Shown: one piece after another, positions 30,009-40,695 of the stretch
Layout of the letters: every line of letters begins with the position of its first letter
Numbering within the stretch: position 1 is the stretch's first letter
Assembly: GCA_016840165.1 (NCBI GenBank)
Contig: JAEOSU010000072.1
Span: 1-64,000, forward strand
Reading direction: 5' to 3'
Origin: Promethearchaeota archaeon
GTDB lineage: Archaea; Asgardarchaeota; Lokiarchaeia; Sigyniarchaeales; SOKP01
Length of the DNA: 64,000 nucleotides
The notes under the pieces: generated by a model
The model's input: the letters and a program-made list of their open reading frames with translations, nothing else
Told to the model about the DNA's origin: nothing
The model's database searches: none
Program-made: the position numbers and the translations under genes

Positions 30009-30629
30009 TTATCTCGCAGAAACAGCGATTCTTTCAACTTCATCCTTCTTTTTAACTGCTCTTGACTCTTGAGCATTGTTAGCGGCAGCCATAATTTCCT
30101 GGGCTAAATTGACCTCAAAAGGATGTTCATTTGAATGGGAGCGAGAACCAATCGCTTGAACTAAATATTTAAGAGCTAAATCAACCCTTCTCTGAGGGGA
30201 AATATCAACGGCAGAAGCATAACTAATCCCTCCCATCGAAATCCTCGTAGTCTCTTCTCTAGGCGCGCAATTACAGATAGCATCAATTAACATTTGGATG
30301 GGATTATTCCCTGTATTCAATTCGATTAAAGTGAAAGCATCTTCTAGACTGCGCAATAATTTAGTCTTTTTCCCAGAATTATAGGAGCTTTTATGACCTT
30401 TAATTTTACTTCCAATAAACCCTGGTGCGAGTAAACGATTGATGAATCTCTCAATAATCGAAACCCTTGATGTTTTCCAGAATCTCCGATGTTCGTGGCG
30501 ACCATGGCTATGCGGAACGATAATAGGTCTTAGATTGATATACTTTTCTAAAGTCCAATCATTAACGACGATATCTTTAAAGGACCACTTATTAAAGAGT
30601 TTTACTTCATTCTCACTTTTACTACTCAT
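30009..30629 (-). CDS. rps7: Ribosomal protein uS7
   Basis: KLFNKWS, APREETTRI, VDISPQRRVD, ERIAVSAR. Confidence 0.97.
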   Translation of the reverse strand: MSSKSENEVKLFNKWSFKDIVVNDWTLEKYINLRPIIVPHSHGRHEHRRFWKTSRVSIIERFINRLLAPGFIGSKIKGHKSSYNSGKKTKLLRSLEDAFTLIELNTGNNPIQMLIDAICNCAPREETTRISMGGISYASAVDISPQRRVDLALKYLVQAIGSRSHSNEHPFEVNLAQEIMAAANNAQESRAVKKKDEVERIAVSAR

Positions 30630-30642
30630 AATTTTTACCTCA

Positions 30643-31077
30643 TTATCGTAATGGTTTCTCTTTCTTTCCTGCTAATAAAGCTTCTAAAGATACACCATTG
30701 ACTTTTACGACTTTCCATCGTACACCGGGAAGATCACCAACGGAACGGCCCTTTGCTCCTCCAATACCCTCTACTATCACTCGATCATGTTCCTCTATGA
30801 AATTGAGAGCTCCATCTCCCGGAAGGAAGGCTGTGACGCCTTTTCCGTTCTTTTTTAATTGAACACGGACGCATTTTCGGATTGCGGAGTTAGGTTGTTT
30901 ACTTTCTCTTCCTACCTTTTGGAGAACAATACCTAAGGCTTGGCAACTACCTCCTAATGGATCTACCTTTTTCTTTAATCCTAACTTTTTCCGTTTATAT
31001 TTCGTTTTCGACCAGCGGAACTTTTTTCTATTTTTCTTCAGCTGTCTGGCGGCATATAAACCTCTGGGCTTTCCCAT
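30643..31077 (-). CDS. rps12: Ribosomal protein uS12
   Basis: [25 protein letters not shown]. Confidence 0.98.
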   Translation of the reverse strand: MGKPRGLYAARQLKKNRKKFRWSKTKYKRKKLGLKKKVDPLGGSCQALGIVLQKVGRESKQPNSAIRKCVRVQLKKNGKGVTAFLPGDGALNFIEEHDRVIVEGIGGAKGRSVGDLPGVRWKVVKVNGVSLEALLAGKKEKPLR

Positions 31078-31191
31078 GAATACACACTTGATAAATTAAT
31101 TAATAATTATGGTAAGCAATGATAATATTTCCTTAAACTTAAAATTTATGGATAAATAAAAATCAAATGGTTAAGATTTGATGATTATCAA

Positions 31192-31671
31192 TTATATATT
31201 ATTTTTAGTATTGATAATCACGTTATCTACTTCCCAGTGTCTTAAAACCAGATCCTTGATTTTACGAATCATGGAACCTTCTTTTCCAATTGCTTTTCCT
31301 CTATCTTGAGGACGAACGGATATAATAACTGTTTTTTTTTGATTTTTACTTTCTTTAATTTCTATATTTTGAACTTTTATAGAATTTTTTGACGTGTTTA
31401 AAACATATTGGATGAAAAGTTCAAGATTTTCAGACCAAGGAATAACGTCAATCTTCTTTTGTAGTTTTTCCATAAGATCTTTAACATGTTCACCAGCTTT
31501 TCCAATCGCTTTCCCAACATCTTCTTTCTTGACCAAAAAGATAATAATTTCCGATTGGTTTTCAGGGGATTCATATATAATGCAATCCTTAATAATTGCT
31601 CCCGAAATATTATTAAATAAGGAGATTAATTCCATTGAGTTTCTATCAAGCTTAATATTTTTCCGTAGCAT
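31192..31671 (-). CDS. nusA: Archaeal NusA (two KH domains)
   Basis: Two GKAIGK KH motifs; rpoA''-eL30-nusA-uS12 synteny. Confidence 0.93.
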   Translation of the reverse strand: MLRKNIKLDRNSMELISLFNNISGAIIKDCIIYESPENQSEIIIFLVKKEDVGKAIGKAGEHVKDLMEKLQKKIDVIPWSENLELFIQYVLNTSKNSIKVQNIEIKESKNQKKTVIISVRPQDRGKAIGKEGSMIRKIKDLVLRHWEVDNVIINTKNNI

Positions 31672-31692
31672 GATTTAACAGTTCACTTTATT

Positions 31693-32067
31693 TTAATTCC
31701 TCTTAGTTCTTAATGTGCTTAAATCAGAGTCTCCGAAATCATTAATGCCAATAACAGAAATCATGTATGGTTTTCCCATTGCCAGCCCTAAATCCCAAGA
31801 AGACCCTTTATATTTATGGATAAAAATACTTTCCTTCATTAAAGTATTTAAGTACTCTAACTGTGATTCTAACTCAGCAGGACAATTATTGCTTAAAATG
31901 AGCATTTTAAAGGGGTCCTGTCTAAGTTGTCGAAGGACTTGATCTGCTCCATAAACTACTTTACCAGTCTTATAGGCGACTTTAATATTTGTATCAATAT
32001 CAAATTCTTTAGTTTTTTTACGAGTAAGGTCAATTGAATCACTAATTTGTTTCTTTTTTCGTGCCAT
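31693..32067 (-). CDS. rpl30e: Ribosomal protein eL30
   Basis: KTGKVVYG, SNNCP, GSSWDLGLAMGKPY, GDSD. Confidence 0.93.
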   Translation of the reverse strand: MARKKKQISDSIDLTRKKTKEFDIDTNIKVAYKTGKVVYGADQVLRQLRQDPFKMLILSNNCPAELESQLEYLNTLMKESIFIHKYKGSSWDLGLAMGKPYMISVIGINDFGDSDLSTLRTKRN

Positions 32068-32155
32068 TATTGTTTACCGCAAGTTATCTTTTTAATATCA
32101 ATAATAAAGTAATAAAATAAATTCACAATAATTTAAAATTTTAACGCTAAATATC

Positions 32156-33349
32156 CTATTTCTTACTTTTCAAGATTTCTAGATTCGCATCGAGATCAAA
32201 CATTACTGAGACTCTCCCAGTCCCTATAGGAGTGACTTGTCCAATAATAACATTTTCGGGAATTCCCAATAAACGTTCTTCTTCACCATATAATCCCGCA
32301 TCCAAGAGCTGATTAACAGTCACCTCAAAAGCGGCTCTAGCAAATACACTTGATTTAGAACCAGAAATACCATGCCTTCCAATCGATTGGATTGAACCAT
32401 CGACACACATCAAATCTGATAAAATAAGCAGATGACGTAAATCAACATCTAAACCTTGTTGTTCTAGTACTTTTTGTGATTCTTTAATTATCATATTACG
32501 AGCAGCCTCAATCCCGTATAGTTTTTCGATTTCATGAATGTGATTCGATACGGTTCTAGTGGTATCCACCCCTTCAATTTGCACTACACCTTGCATATTA
32601 GTACCTTCTGTTTTAATAACCCATTCTTTACCGTCATCAGAAGGAGTTAATAAACCTCTTTTTACTCCCCGTATTCCCTTTACAACCTTTTTTAAGATCT
32701 TTTCTCTTAATTTTTGCAGACTCTGAAGATCTTCGATTCCAGGATTAATAATAATTGAATTACCTTCGTGCTTAATTGTCCCTTTTTTCTTATAACGCTT
32801 TAAAACTTCAGGGATCTCATCAATTTCTATACCTTTCTTTTCACAGATTTCAGGGATTAAATTAATTGACAATTGCCAATTAATAAAATCTAGATCAATA
32901 TCATGAGTAATTTGCTCGATTCTAATCTGTTCAATACGATTGTGTACTTTAATTGCTGTATCTTCATTTTCTCGGTATCCCTCTTCCAAATAAATTTCCA
33001 TCTGAGGAGTGCTGGGAAATCTTCTGGCGTCTACTATTTCTATCAAGCGTGGGAGACCTTGAGTCACACTAAACTCTTCAACTCCCGCGTAGTGAAACGT
33101 TCTAAGAGTCATCTGTGTTCCTGGCTCACCTATCGATTGAGCAGCTACTGTGCCCACAGGCTCTGAAGTTTCAACAATAGCATTATTAAAATTAATATAG
33201 ATTTTATTGAGAAGATATTCCAATTGCTCTAATTCTAGTTTTTCATCTTTAATTCGTTCTTTGATTTTGTCAATTAAATCTTCAGGAATACCATCTTTAG
33301 ATAATTGTTCTAATTTTTCTTCTAATATTTTATTAGATACTTCAACCAT
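32156..33349 (-). CDS. rpoA2: RNA polymerase subunit A'' (Rpo1C)
   Basis: [34 protein letters not shown]. Confidence 0.98.
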   Translation of the reverse strand: MVEVSNKILEEKLEQLSKDGIPEDLIDKIKERIKDEKLELEQLEYLLNKIYINFNNAIVETSEPVGTVAAQSIGEPGTQMTLRTFHYAGVEEFSVTQGLPRLIEIVDARRFPSTPQMEIYLEEGYRENEDTAIKVHNRIEQIRIEQITHDIDLDFINWQLSINLIPEICEKKGIEIDEIPEVLKRYKKKGTIKHEGNSIIINPGIEDLQSLQKLREKILKKVVKGIRGVKRGLLTPSDDGKEWVIKTEGTNMQGVVQIEGVDTTRTVSNHIHEIEKLYGIEAARNMIIKESQKVLEQQGLDVDLRHLLILSDLMCVDGSIQSIGRHGISGSKSSVFARAAFEVTVNQLLDAGLYGEEERLLGIPENVIIGQVTPIGTGRVSVMFDLDANLEILKSKK

Positions 33350-33373
33350 TTACCATAACCTTATTTTTTATAA

Positions 33374-36313
33374 TTAATTTAACCTCTCTTCTTTCCATTC
33401 TATAAATGCTTTTGTCATTTTACCACGCCAAATTGCGTTTTTACCCGTTTCATCTTCGAAGATTTTCATTAATTCCTCTTCGGTAAGAGCTTTTGATTTA
33501 TCAATTTTTTTCTTTGTTTCTTTAACTTCTTTTTCCTTTTCTTCTTTTTCCTTTTCTTCTTTTTTCTCTTGCTTTTTTGGAGTTTTCTTTTTTGGTCTTT
33601 TTGCTGCTTCTTTTCTTACCTCTTCAATATCCAAAGATTTTGCTTTAAGTAAGAGTACATCAAGATTAACCGCATCAGAATGATCTGTGTGCATGGGATC
33701 GATTCCATCGTCGCCATAACTAAACTGGATAATGTTTTTATCGCTATTTCTAACCGTTCCATCGTTTTCAATTACCATATCCTGTAAAGCATTTACTAAT
33801 CTCCGTTGCATATATCCACTAGTTGAGGTTCGAACTGCTGTATCAACTAATCCTTCTCTGCCTCCCATTGCATGAAAAAAGAACTCTACAGGTTTTAAAC
33901 CATTTCTATAAGATGATTCGACAAATCCACGAGATTTTGGGGTGAGATCATTAATTTTAAAGTGAGGCAAGGTTCTCAAACTATATCCTCTATTTATCCT
34001 CTCTCCTCTAATTGCTTGTTGTCCTACTACTGCAGACATTTGTCCGAGATTTAAAATATTACCTCTCGCCCCTGATTTAGTCATAATCACAGAATGAGCC
34101 TCATCACCTATAAAATCAGCAGCAGATTCTTCTGCCTGTTTTCGTGCTTCAGCAAGAAGTTGCCGGATCCTCAATTCAAGTGTTTCCCGCATGGAGCGTC
34201 CAGGAGCTCTTTTTAAGACCTTTGTATCATTTTCGTTAAAAGCTTTGATCAATTTAGAAGATTCCTCATCTGCATCCTCGAGGATCTTTTTTATTTTTTC
34301 ATATGCCTTTCCATAGACATAAACCTCATCTAATCCCATAGTCATACCATTTTGACGGATAACATAAAGGAGCATTTTGGTGGCATTATCTAAAAATTGA
34401 CGTCCCCGAGCATTACCGTGATCCTTAATAATTCTCTGAAGGATACTATTTGATTGCATTGCACCGAATGAATTCTCATCGATAGTTCCTGTAATCAATA
34501 TTCCGTTCTTAATTAATACATAAGCATCGTATTCACAATCCTCTTCCGTGCATACTTCACATTTTTTACAGAATTTTGATTTCACTCGAATATTTAGATC
34601 ATCGGGAAATAATGTGCTAAAAATTTCTTTTCCAGAATACATTGGTTCAGGATCAGTCACCACTGGTGTGAGCTTGTCTAAAGTAAAATCAGGATTCATA
34701 TCAAAGACTCCTCCCATAAATAGAAGATTAAGAGTGTCTTTGATATTATATAAAGATTCTTTACTAGTAAATTGAAATACTGAGGAAATAAAATCTTGAA
34801 TTCCACCTAAAATAGGGCCACCAAATCGAGGAGATAAAATATGTTCTTGTACCTTTAGAAGTAATTCCGCTTCCGTACGTGCCTCCTCACTTTGAGGGAC
34901 ATGAAGATTCATCTCATCTCCGTCAAAATCAGCATTATAGGGAGGACATACAGTTAAATTCAAGCGAAATGTTCTTCCATCCATAATTTTTACCTCATGA
35001 GCCATTATAGACATACGATGAAGGGAGGGTTGTCGATTAAATAATACCAAATCTCCATTACTTAGATGTCGTTCCACAGTAAATCCTGGAGCTAGCATTT
35101 CCGCAATCATTTTTCTATTTTTTACATAACGAAGGTCAATTCGCCTACGATCATTTCGAATAATATAGTTGGCTCCAGGATGATGATTAGGCCCATTTAA
35201 TACCATTTGTTTCATTTCTTCAATATTCCAGTCATTAACATTTGTAGGTATTGTAAGTATTTTAGCGATTTCGATAGGAACACCTACTTCATTAATACTG
35301 ATATAAGGATTAGGTGAAATAACGCTTCGAGCGGAAAAATCAACTCGTTTTCCACTTAAATTGCTTCGAAATCGTCCTTCTTTACCCTTTAACCTTTGAG
35401 TAAGGGTACGCAAGGCTCTTCCAGAGCGATGTCTCGCTGGAGGGATTCCAGAAACTTGATTATCAAAATAGGTGGTAATATGATACTGTAATAACTCCCA
35501 TAAATCCTCAACTATTAAGTGAGGCGCTCCAGCATCAATATTTTCTCTTAGTCGCTGGTTAATACGGATAACATCCACTAATTTATGAGTTAGATCATCT
35601 TCTGAGCGGATACCACTGTCTAATGTGATTGAAGGTCGGGCGCACACCGGAGGAATTGGCAAGACAGTAAAAATAACCCATTCAAGTCGAGCATTTTCAG
35701 GGGAAATCCCTAAAATACGTAAATCATTATCGTTCATTTTCTTTAACCGTTCGAGAATTTCGATTGGTGTAATTCTCCGGGATCCTTTATTTTCTTCTTC
35801 TTCATAAAAGGTAGTAGGTTTTTCTATAATGATTTTTTTCTTTTTCGCTCCACAATAGGGACACACTTTACTCTTTCGCGCTCTCTTAAAAACAAGTTTG
35901 GAGGCATCCTCATCACCCTCAAAAAAGAGTTTTCGATGCTTAACTTGTTCTTTTCTAAACTTTTCTTTCTCTTCTTCAGTAAGCATCAAGTGAGAACATT
36001 CAGGACAGATTGATCGCAATACTTTTAAAACTTTCTTAGCATATCCTACGTGAATGACGGGTCTAGCTAGTTCAATATGCCCAAAATGACCCATACAATT
36101 ACTCACGAGATTACCACATGTCTGACATCTCTGCCCTGGTTCAATTGTACCCAAGCGTTGATCCATCAATCCTGAAGGAATTGGCAAACCATCCTCATCA
36201 TAGGTGTCAGCAGTTATGATACGGGCAGCACTCATCTTCCGAATCTCGTCAGGAGATAATAAGCCAAACTTGATCTTTTCAATCATCTTAGTACGACTGA
36301 ACGTATAACTCAT
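33374..36313 (-). CDS. rpoA1: RNA polymerase subunit A' (Rpo1N) with charged C-terminal extension
   Basis: NADFDGDEMN active site, GHFGHIEL, GGREGLVDTAVRT. GGAGG SD (minus strand) at 36324-36328. Confidence 0.98.
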   Translation of the reverse strand: MSYTFSRTKMIEKIKFGLLSPDEIRKMSAARIITADTYDEDGLPIPSGLMDQRLGTIEPGQRCQTCGNLVSNCMGHFGHIELARPVIHVGYAKKVLKVLRSICPECSHLMLTEEEKEKFRKEQVKHRKLFFEGDEDASKLVFKRARKSKVCPYCGAKKKKIIIEKPTTFYEEEENKGSRRITPIEILERLKKMNDNDLRILGISPENARLEWVIFTVLPIPPVCARPSITLDSGIRSEDDLTHKLVDVIRINQRLRENIDAGAPHLIVEDLWELLQYHITTYFDNQVSGIPPARHRSGRALRTLTQRLKGKEGRFRSNLSGKRVDFSARSVISPNPYISINEVGVPIEIAKILTIPTNVNDWNIEEMKQMVLNGPNHHPGANYIIRNDRRRIDLRYVKNRKMIAEMLAPGFTVERHLSNGDLVLFNRQPSLHRMSIMAHEVKIMDGRTFRLNLTVCPPYNADFDGDEMNLHVPQSEEARTEAELLLKVQEHILSPRFGGPILGGIQDFISSVFQFTSKESLYNIKDTLNLLFMGGVFDMNPDFTLDKLTPVVTDPEPMYSGKEIFSTLFPDDLNIRVKSKFCKKCEVCTEEDCEYDAYVLIKNGILITGTIDENSFGAMQSNSILQRIIKDHGNARGRQFLDNATKMLLYVIRQNGMTMGLDEVYVYGKAYEKIKKILEDADEESSKLIKAFNENDTKVLKRAPGRSMRETLELRIRQLLAEARKQAEESAADFIGDEAHSVIMTKSGARGNILNLGQMSAVVGQQAIRGERINRGYSLRTLPHFKINDLTPKSRGFVESSYRNGLKPVEFFFHAMGGREGLVDTAVRTSTSGYMQRRLVNALQDMVIENDGTVRNSDKNIIQFSYGDDGIDPMHTDHSDAVNLDVLLLKAKSLDIEEVRKEAAKRPKKKTPKKQEKKEEKEKEEKEKEVKETKKKIDKSKALTEEELMKIFEDETGKNAIWRGKMTKAFIEWKEERLN

Positions 36314-36567
36314 AATGTCATTTCCTCCGTTTTAATACAAACAAGAATTAATATTATATTAGAATTATTAGAGTTCATAAAACTAAAACATCCTTTGTTT
36401 TGAGTTTAAAATTAGGTAACCATAAAGAAATAGTTAATCGGTTAAACACTGTAAGTTATTAAAGTATGCAAATATTAAAAATTTTACGGAATAGCCCTTA
36501 TTTTTGACATATCTTATTAGTTTATATTTAAAAGAATTTTTTACATTATGAAATTTATAATTATATA

Positions 36568-37161
36568 ATGAGAATTCTTAAAATATTTAGAAGTAGGATT
36601 GTTCTTTTTATAATTCAATTCGCTATTTTGAGCTTATTTCTAATTATTTTCGAATATTCTTTCACTATTTTATTTGATAGTTCTGTATCAGAAGAGAGGA
36701 AAGTAATAATCCAAATCCTCGCAAATTATATTATGTTTGAAGGTGCTAATGATACAATTTTTATATATTGTTTGTGGTTAATAGTAGCAACAATCCCGAT
36801 CATCCTTTATCGAAAAGCAAAAAAAGTGTACTCAATGAATTTACTTTCATTCATTCTCCCTAATTTCTTTTTCTATGTTTTTCTTTCCAGATACTCTCCG
36901 CTTTATTTCAATGAGAATTTTGGGCAATTATCTATCAAAACAGTCATATTAGGTGCTATTCTTATTGTTTATTCCATTGGGTCTTCTTTAATCATAAATC
37001 ATGTTTGGAAAATAATCAAAAAGGAAAAACCTACCCAACTATTAGATATTAATAAAAAAGTAGTCTCTGAGTGTCCACAATGTGGGACAAAGTTTGACTC
37101 AAAGCCTTTATATTGTTATAATTGTAATGCTAAACTAATAGATGAGAAGCATGATAAATGA
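36568..37161 (+). CDS. Four-TM membrane protein with C-terminal Zn ribbon
   Basis: Hydrophobic helices followed by CPQCG...CYNC. Confidence 0.75.
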   Translation: MRILKIFRSRIVLFIIQFAILSLFLIIFEYSFTILFDSSVSEERKVIIQILANYIMFEGANDTIFIYCLWLIVATIPIILYRKAKKVYSMNLLSFILPNFFFYVFLSRYSPLYFNENFGQLSIKTVILGAILIVYSIGSSLIINHVWKIIKKEKPTQLLDINKKVVSECPQCGTKFDSKPLYCYNCNAKLIDEKHDK

Positions 37162-38138
37162 TAGGAGAACTAATTGCCATTTTTGCGGTGTTGACCTTTG
37201 TTGTATCAAATGTATTATTTCGAAAAACAGAACATGAGGCAAGCCCAATCTTTATCAACTTTTTCCGAACGACTATTGGCACAATCACCTTTATTATTTT
37301 TGCATTTTTACTTAACGTTCTGGACAAAATTTTTTTACTCCCATTCGATCTATGGATAATATTATTCATCAGTTTTCTCTTCGGACAAGTATTTGGAGAC
37401 ACTGCATACTTTAACGCACAAAAAGATATGGGTACAACTTTGGCCCTAGGAGTATCAATGACCTTTCCCTTATTTACATTTATTTTATCGATAATTTTCC
37501 TCAATAAAGAATTTGAAATTTCCTTATTATTTTCATTAATTTTCATTAGTATTGGAGTAATTGTAATCGGAAAAAGTAAATCCACCATTAAAATCACTGT
37601 AAATCCGAGTTTCGAACCAATTGAGCAGGTGAAACCGAACACATTTAAAGAAAAATTCCAATTCAGATCCTTCCGAGCTCTTATTTTTGGGTTGATTGCT
37701 TCATTAAGTTGGGCAATTGGATTAATCATTATTGAATATGCAACACACCAAATTGATTTATTTTTACCCTTACAAGAAGGTTTAAGTTCGATTTTAGGAA
37801 ATGTCATTCGATTCCCATTTGCTACGGCGATTCTCACTATTATGGTTGGAAAAGAGAATTATTCAATGAAGAAAAACGCTGATAAATCTCCCTTCAGAAA
37901 ATCAGTAACAACCTGGGGTTATTTAATTATCGCTGCTTTAATTGGAACATCATTAGGCGCTTATGTGTATACTGAGGCCGCTCGTGTTGCTGGGTCTACA
38001 GTAATGTCTCTTATTGCTAGTGCCAGTCCTTTATTTTCTCTTCCTTTAACCTATCTAATTAATAAAGAAAAAATTACCAAAATAGGATTTATCGGGGTAA
38101 TATTGACAATTATTGGAGTAATAATTATCCTTATCTGA
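37158..38138 (+). CDS. DMT/EamA family transporter
   Basis: Two ~5-TM EamA repeats (INFFR...GDTAYF...TFPLF; NVIRF...ASPLF...KEKI). Confidence 0.85.
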   Translation: MIGELIAIFAVLTFVVSNVLFRKTEHEASPIFINFFRTTIGTITFIIFAFLLNVLDKIFLLPFDLWIILFISFLFGQVFGDTAYFNAQKDMGTTLALGVSMTFPLFTFILSIIFLNKEFEISLLFSLIFISIGVIVIGKSKSTIKITVNPSFEPIEQVKPNTFKEKFQFRSFRALIFGLIASLSWAIGLIIIEYATHQIDLFLPLQEGLSSILGNVIRFPFATAILTIMVGKENYSMKKNADKSPFRKSVTTWGYLIIAALIGTSLGAYVYTEAARVAGSTVMSLIASASPLFSLPLTYLINKEKITKIGFIGVILTIIGVIIILI

Positions 38139-38165
38139 GTTTTTCTTTTCATTTAAAGTCTAAAA

Positions 38166-38762
38166 TTAGAGAAGTTTATCGTAATCGAAATTATTTTCAT
38201 CAAGGATTGTTTTCGTTAGGTCTAAGAAGATTTCACGAATATTATAATTCTCTTTGGATGAAGTCTTGTAATAAGGAATTGTTCCTTGCTTTTTTCGGAA
38301 ATTCTCAACGACTAACTCGTTTAATTTTTTTTCTTTCTCTTTTACAAGATCGTATTTGCAGCCCACTAAAATCCTTGGTGTTGAATCATGTTTAAGTTTT
38401 TGAAGGTGCTCATTCCACCAATCCAATCCAAGTAAAGTATTATTGAGATTGTATAGACTAAAAACGAGGAAAATTCCATTAGCACCATTAATATAATAGC
38501 TAAACATTTTTTTAAATTGTTCTTGGCCCCCAAAATCCCAGATACTAAGGCGCAAGAATGATTCTTCCCCTTTTATAATGATAGGGACATCATAAGTATA
38601 GAAATCTATTCCAATAGTTAATCTCGTATTTGCATCGAAAGTATCAAAACACAATCTTCGAGCAATACAGGTTTTACCTACACCACCATTACCAATTAAA
38701 CAAATTTTAAAGATATAGGCTGGTTTTTTCTCTTGCTCAAGATTTTGGTCATCGATAGTCAT
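38166..38762 (-). CDS. Rab-like small GTPase
   Basis: FKICLIGNGGVGKT, TIGIDF, WDFGGQEQF, GCKYD, TSSK. Confidence 0.92.
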   Translation of the reverse strand: MTIDDQNLEQEKKPAYIFKICLIGNGGVGKTCIARRLCFDTFDANTRLTIGIDFYTYDVPIIIKGEESFLRLSIWDFGGQEQFKKMFSYYINGANGIFLVFSLYNLNNTLLGLDWWNEHLQKLKHDSTPRILVGCKYDLVKEKEKKLNELVVENFRKKQGTIPYYKTSSKENYNIREIFLDLTKTILDENNFDYDKLL

Positions 38763-39193
38763 TGTATTTTAACAACTCAACTGATTAATAAAATTAGCAT
38801 TTTCTTTCATTTTAATTTTTTGTGTCTTATAAAATTGAGTTTACCGATCTATTAATCGTATTATTTTACATATTAAATCTATCATTTAAATTCTTAGAAT
38901 TTTATGGAATCATTGAAATATCAACTTAACACTCTTAGATAATCATAAGGCCTCATGTTTTTTCAGAAAAGTTTATTATTTCTTTGTAAAGTAACTCACA
39001 ATTGGGAATCTTTTTGTAAGCATACCTGTTTATCATATAACGTTAAGAATACTTACCAAATATCTTCATATTAACTAGATTCTAAAGGTAAACATTGTTA
39101 TCTGGGTTCACTTATTGAATATTTTCATGGGTTAGATTTCAGAAGTAATAAAAAAAAAAATTTTCTACTTGAATTTTTTTTGTCGACTTGATT

Positions 39194-39243
39194 TGGATAA
39201 TTTTATCCATCCGATACCCATCATCAACCAACACATTTATATA
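39194..39243 (+). promoter_or_regulatory. Putative histone promoter: palindrome plus TATA box
   Basis: TGGATAA-tt-TTATCCA (39194-39209) and TTTATATA (39236-39243); GGAGG SD at 39326-39330. Confidence 0.45.
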
Positions 39244-39337
39244 GAAGTAATACTAATTAAAAAGTAAATACATCAAAATTTTTAACTAAAAATTTAAGGT
39301 ATTTAATAACTAATAAAAAAATTGTGGAGGAATAAAA

Positions 39338-39544
39338 ATGGCAGCATTTGCATGGAGTCCTTTACGGGCTTTAATGAAAAAAGCCGGAGCTGAAATAGTA
39401 AGTCGAGCCGCAGTCGACAAATTAATGGATTATTTAGAAGAATATGCAAAAGAGTTGACTGGCGCCGCTTTAGATATTGCTAAACACTCAGGCAGAAAGA
39501 AAGTTACTCAACAAGATATGAAAATCGCTATTAATATGATTTAA
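39338..39544 (+). CDS. Archaeal histone (tailless, HMf-like)
   Basis: PLRALMKKAGAEIVS...AKHSGRKKVTQQD histone fold. Confidence 0.95.
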   Translation: MAAFAWSPLRALMKKAGAEIVSRAAVDKLMDYLEEYAKELTGAALDIAKHSGRKKVTQQDMKIAINMI

Positions 39545-39574
39545 AATAGCAGTTTCGATTAAATAGTTTAAACC

Positions 39575-39594
39575 TTTTCTTTTTTTTTTATTTT
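39575..39594 (+). terminator. Oligo-T terminator after histone gene
   Basis: TTTTCTTTTTTTTTTATTTT about 30 nt after the stop. Confidence 0.55.
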
Positions 39595-39632
39595 ACTTGT
39601 TAATAAACATGAATAATTTGGAGTTTGTCAGA

Positions 39633-40454
39633 TCATTTTTTTGTTCTTCGTTTATTTGACTGATAGAAAAATAAAATTGCGAGCAGATTAGTTGTTAAAT
39701 GTAATATCCAAGGATATAATAACCCTAGCTGAATTAAAGCTAAAGAATAAATTATCGAGGAGAAAAAGGTGGAGAGAAAATGAAGCCAGTTTTTTGAGGA
39801 TGTATAGTGGCTGAATCCAAATATAAATGAAATAAAGAAAATAACCAAAATGATATTCCAATTAACAAAAAGAGTAATCAATAAACTTCTAAATACGAAC
39901 TCTTCAATGAAAGCTCCTAAAGATAGTAAAAGAATTAACAGTATCCACTTCTTAGCACTAGAATTGTGTAGAAAGTATTCAAAATATTCATCAATTTCCT
40001 TATTTTTAAACCTACTGATAATTCTTTCATTAAAGAGTTTTATGGGTAAAACCTTTAGAATTGTTAGAACTAAGTAAATTAGAAATAAAAATAAATTATG
40101 ATTATGAGTTATTCCAATCAAGCTATGATAAGAAATGAAAACAGGAGGATTATAGGGTTCATAGAAAAAGAGAATCTCTATTAGAAAAAAAAATGGAATA
40201 AGCATTAAAAGAATATGAAACAATTTGATTGAAAGCTTATTTGTTATTTTAATATTAAAAATGAATGAAAAGAGGATTAAAAGAGCAATAAAGCAGCTCA
40301 TTAATATTAAAATGGGTGAATTATCATATGTAGAATAAAAGAACCATAATAGGATTATGAAAAAAAAGATTGAATTATAAATTATACTTTTAATGATTTT
40401 ATTTTCTATTCTATTTTTACTAATCATCATAGGAATATAATATGAATTATTCAT
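39633..40454 (-). CDS. CPBP (CAAX protease/Abi) intramembrane metalloprotease
   Basis: IEEFVFR, FGFSH and HLTTN motifs intact. Confidence 0.88.
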   Translation of the reverse strand: MNNSYYIPMMISKNRIENKIIKSIIYNSIFFFIILLWFFYSTYDNSPILILMSCFIALLILFSFIFNIKITNKLSIKLFHILLMLIPFFFLIEILFFYEPYNPPVFISYHSLIGITHNHNLFLFLIYLVLTILKVLPIKLFNERIISRFKNKEIDEYFEYFLHNSSAKKWILLILLLSLGAFIEEFVFRSLLITLFVNWNIILVIFFISFIFGFSHYTSSKNWLHFLSTFFSSIIYSLALIQLGLLYPWILHLTTNLLAILFFYQSNKRRTKK

Positions 40455-40695
40455 GTATCTTTAGATATTTTTTGGTTAAAAGATGTGTTTTCAATATCAT
40501 ATTGAATTTTAAATATATAGAAATATGGAATTATATAAGATGCGAGTAAAAAGAAGTGAAAATGATTTGGAGGAGCTCAATAGACGCTTGAAAGAATGAG
40601 TTGAGTTATTTATTGTAATTTTCCTTCTTTTATTTTTTACTTCCAATTTTTAACAATGGAAATTTCCATAAATAAAAAATCAATAATTAATTTTA

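Noticed and set aside
39194-39211. DnaA box / replication origin
   Set aside because: TTATCCA is only a partial match; no ORB repeats or cdc6/orc1 gene nearby.
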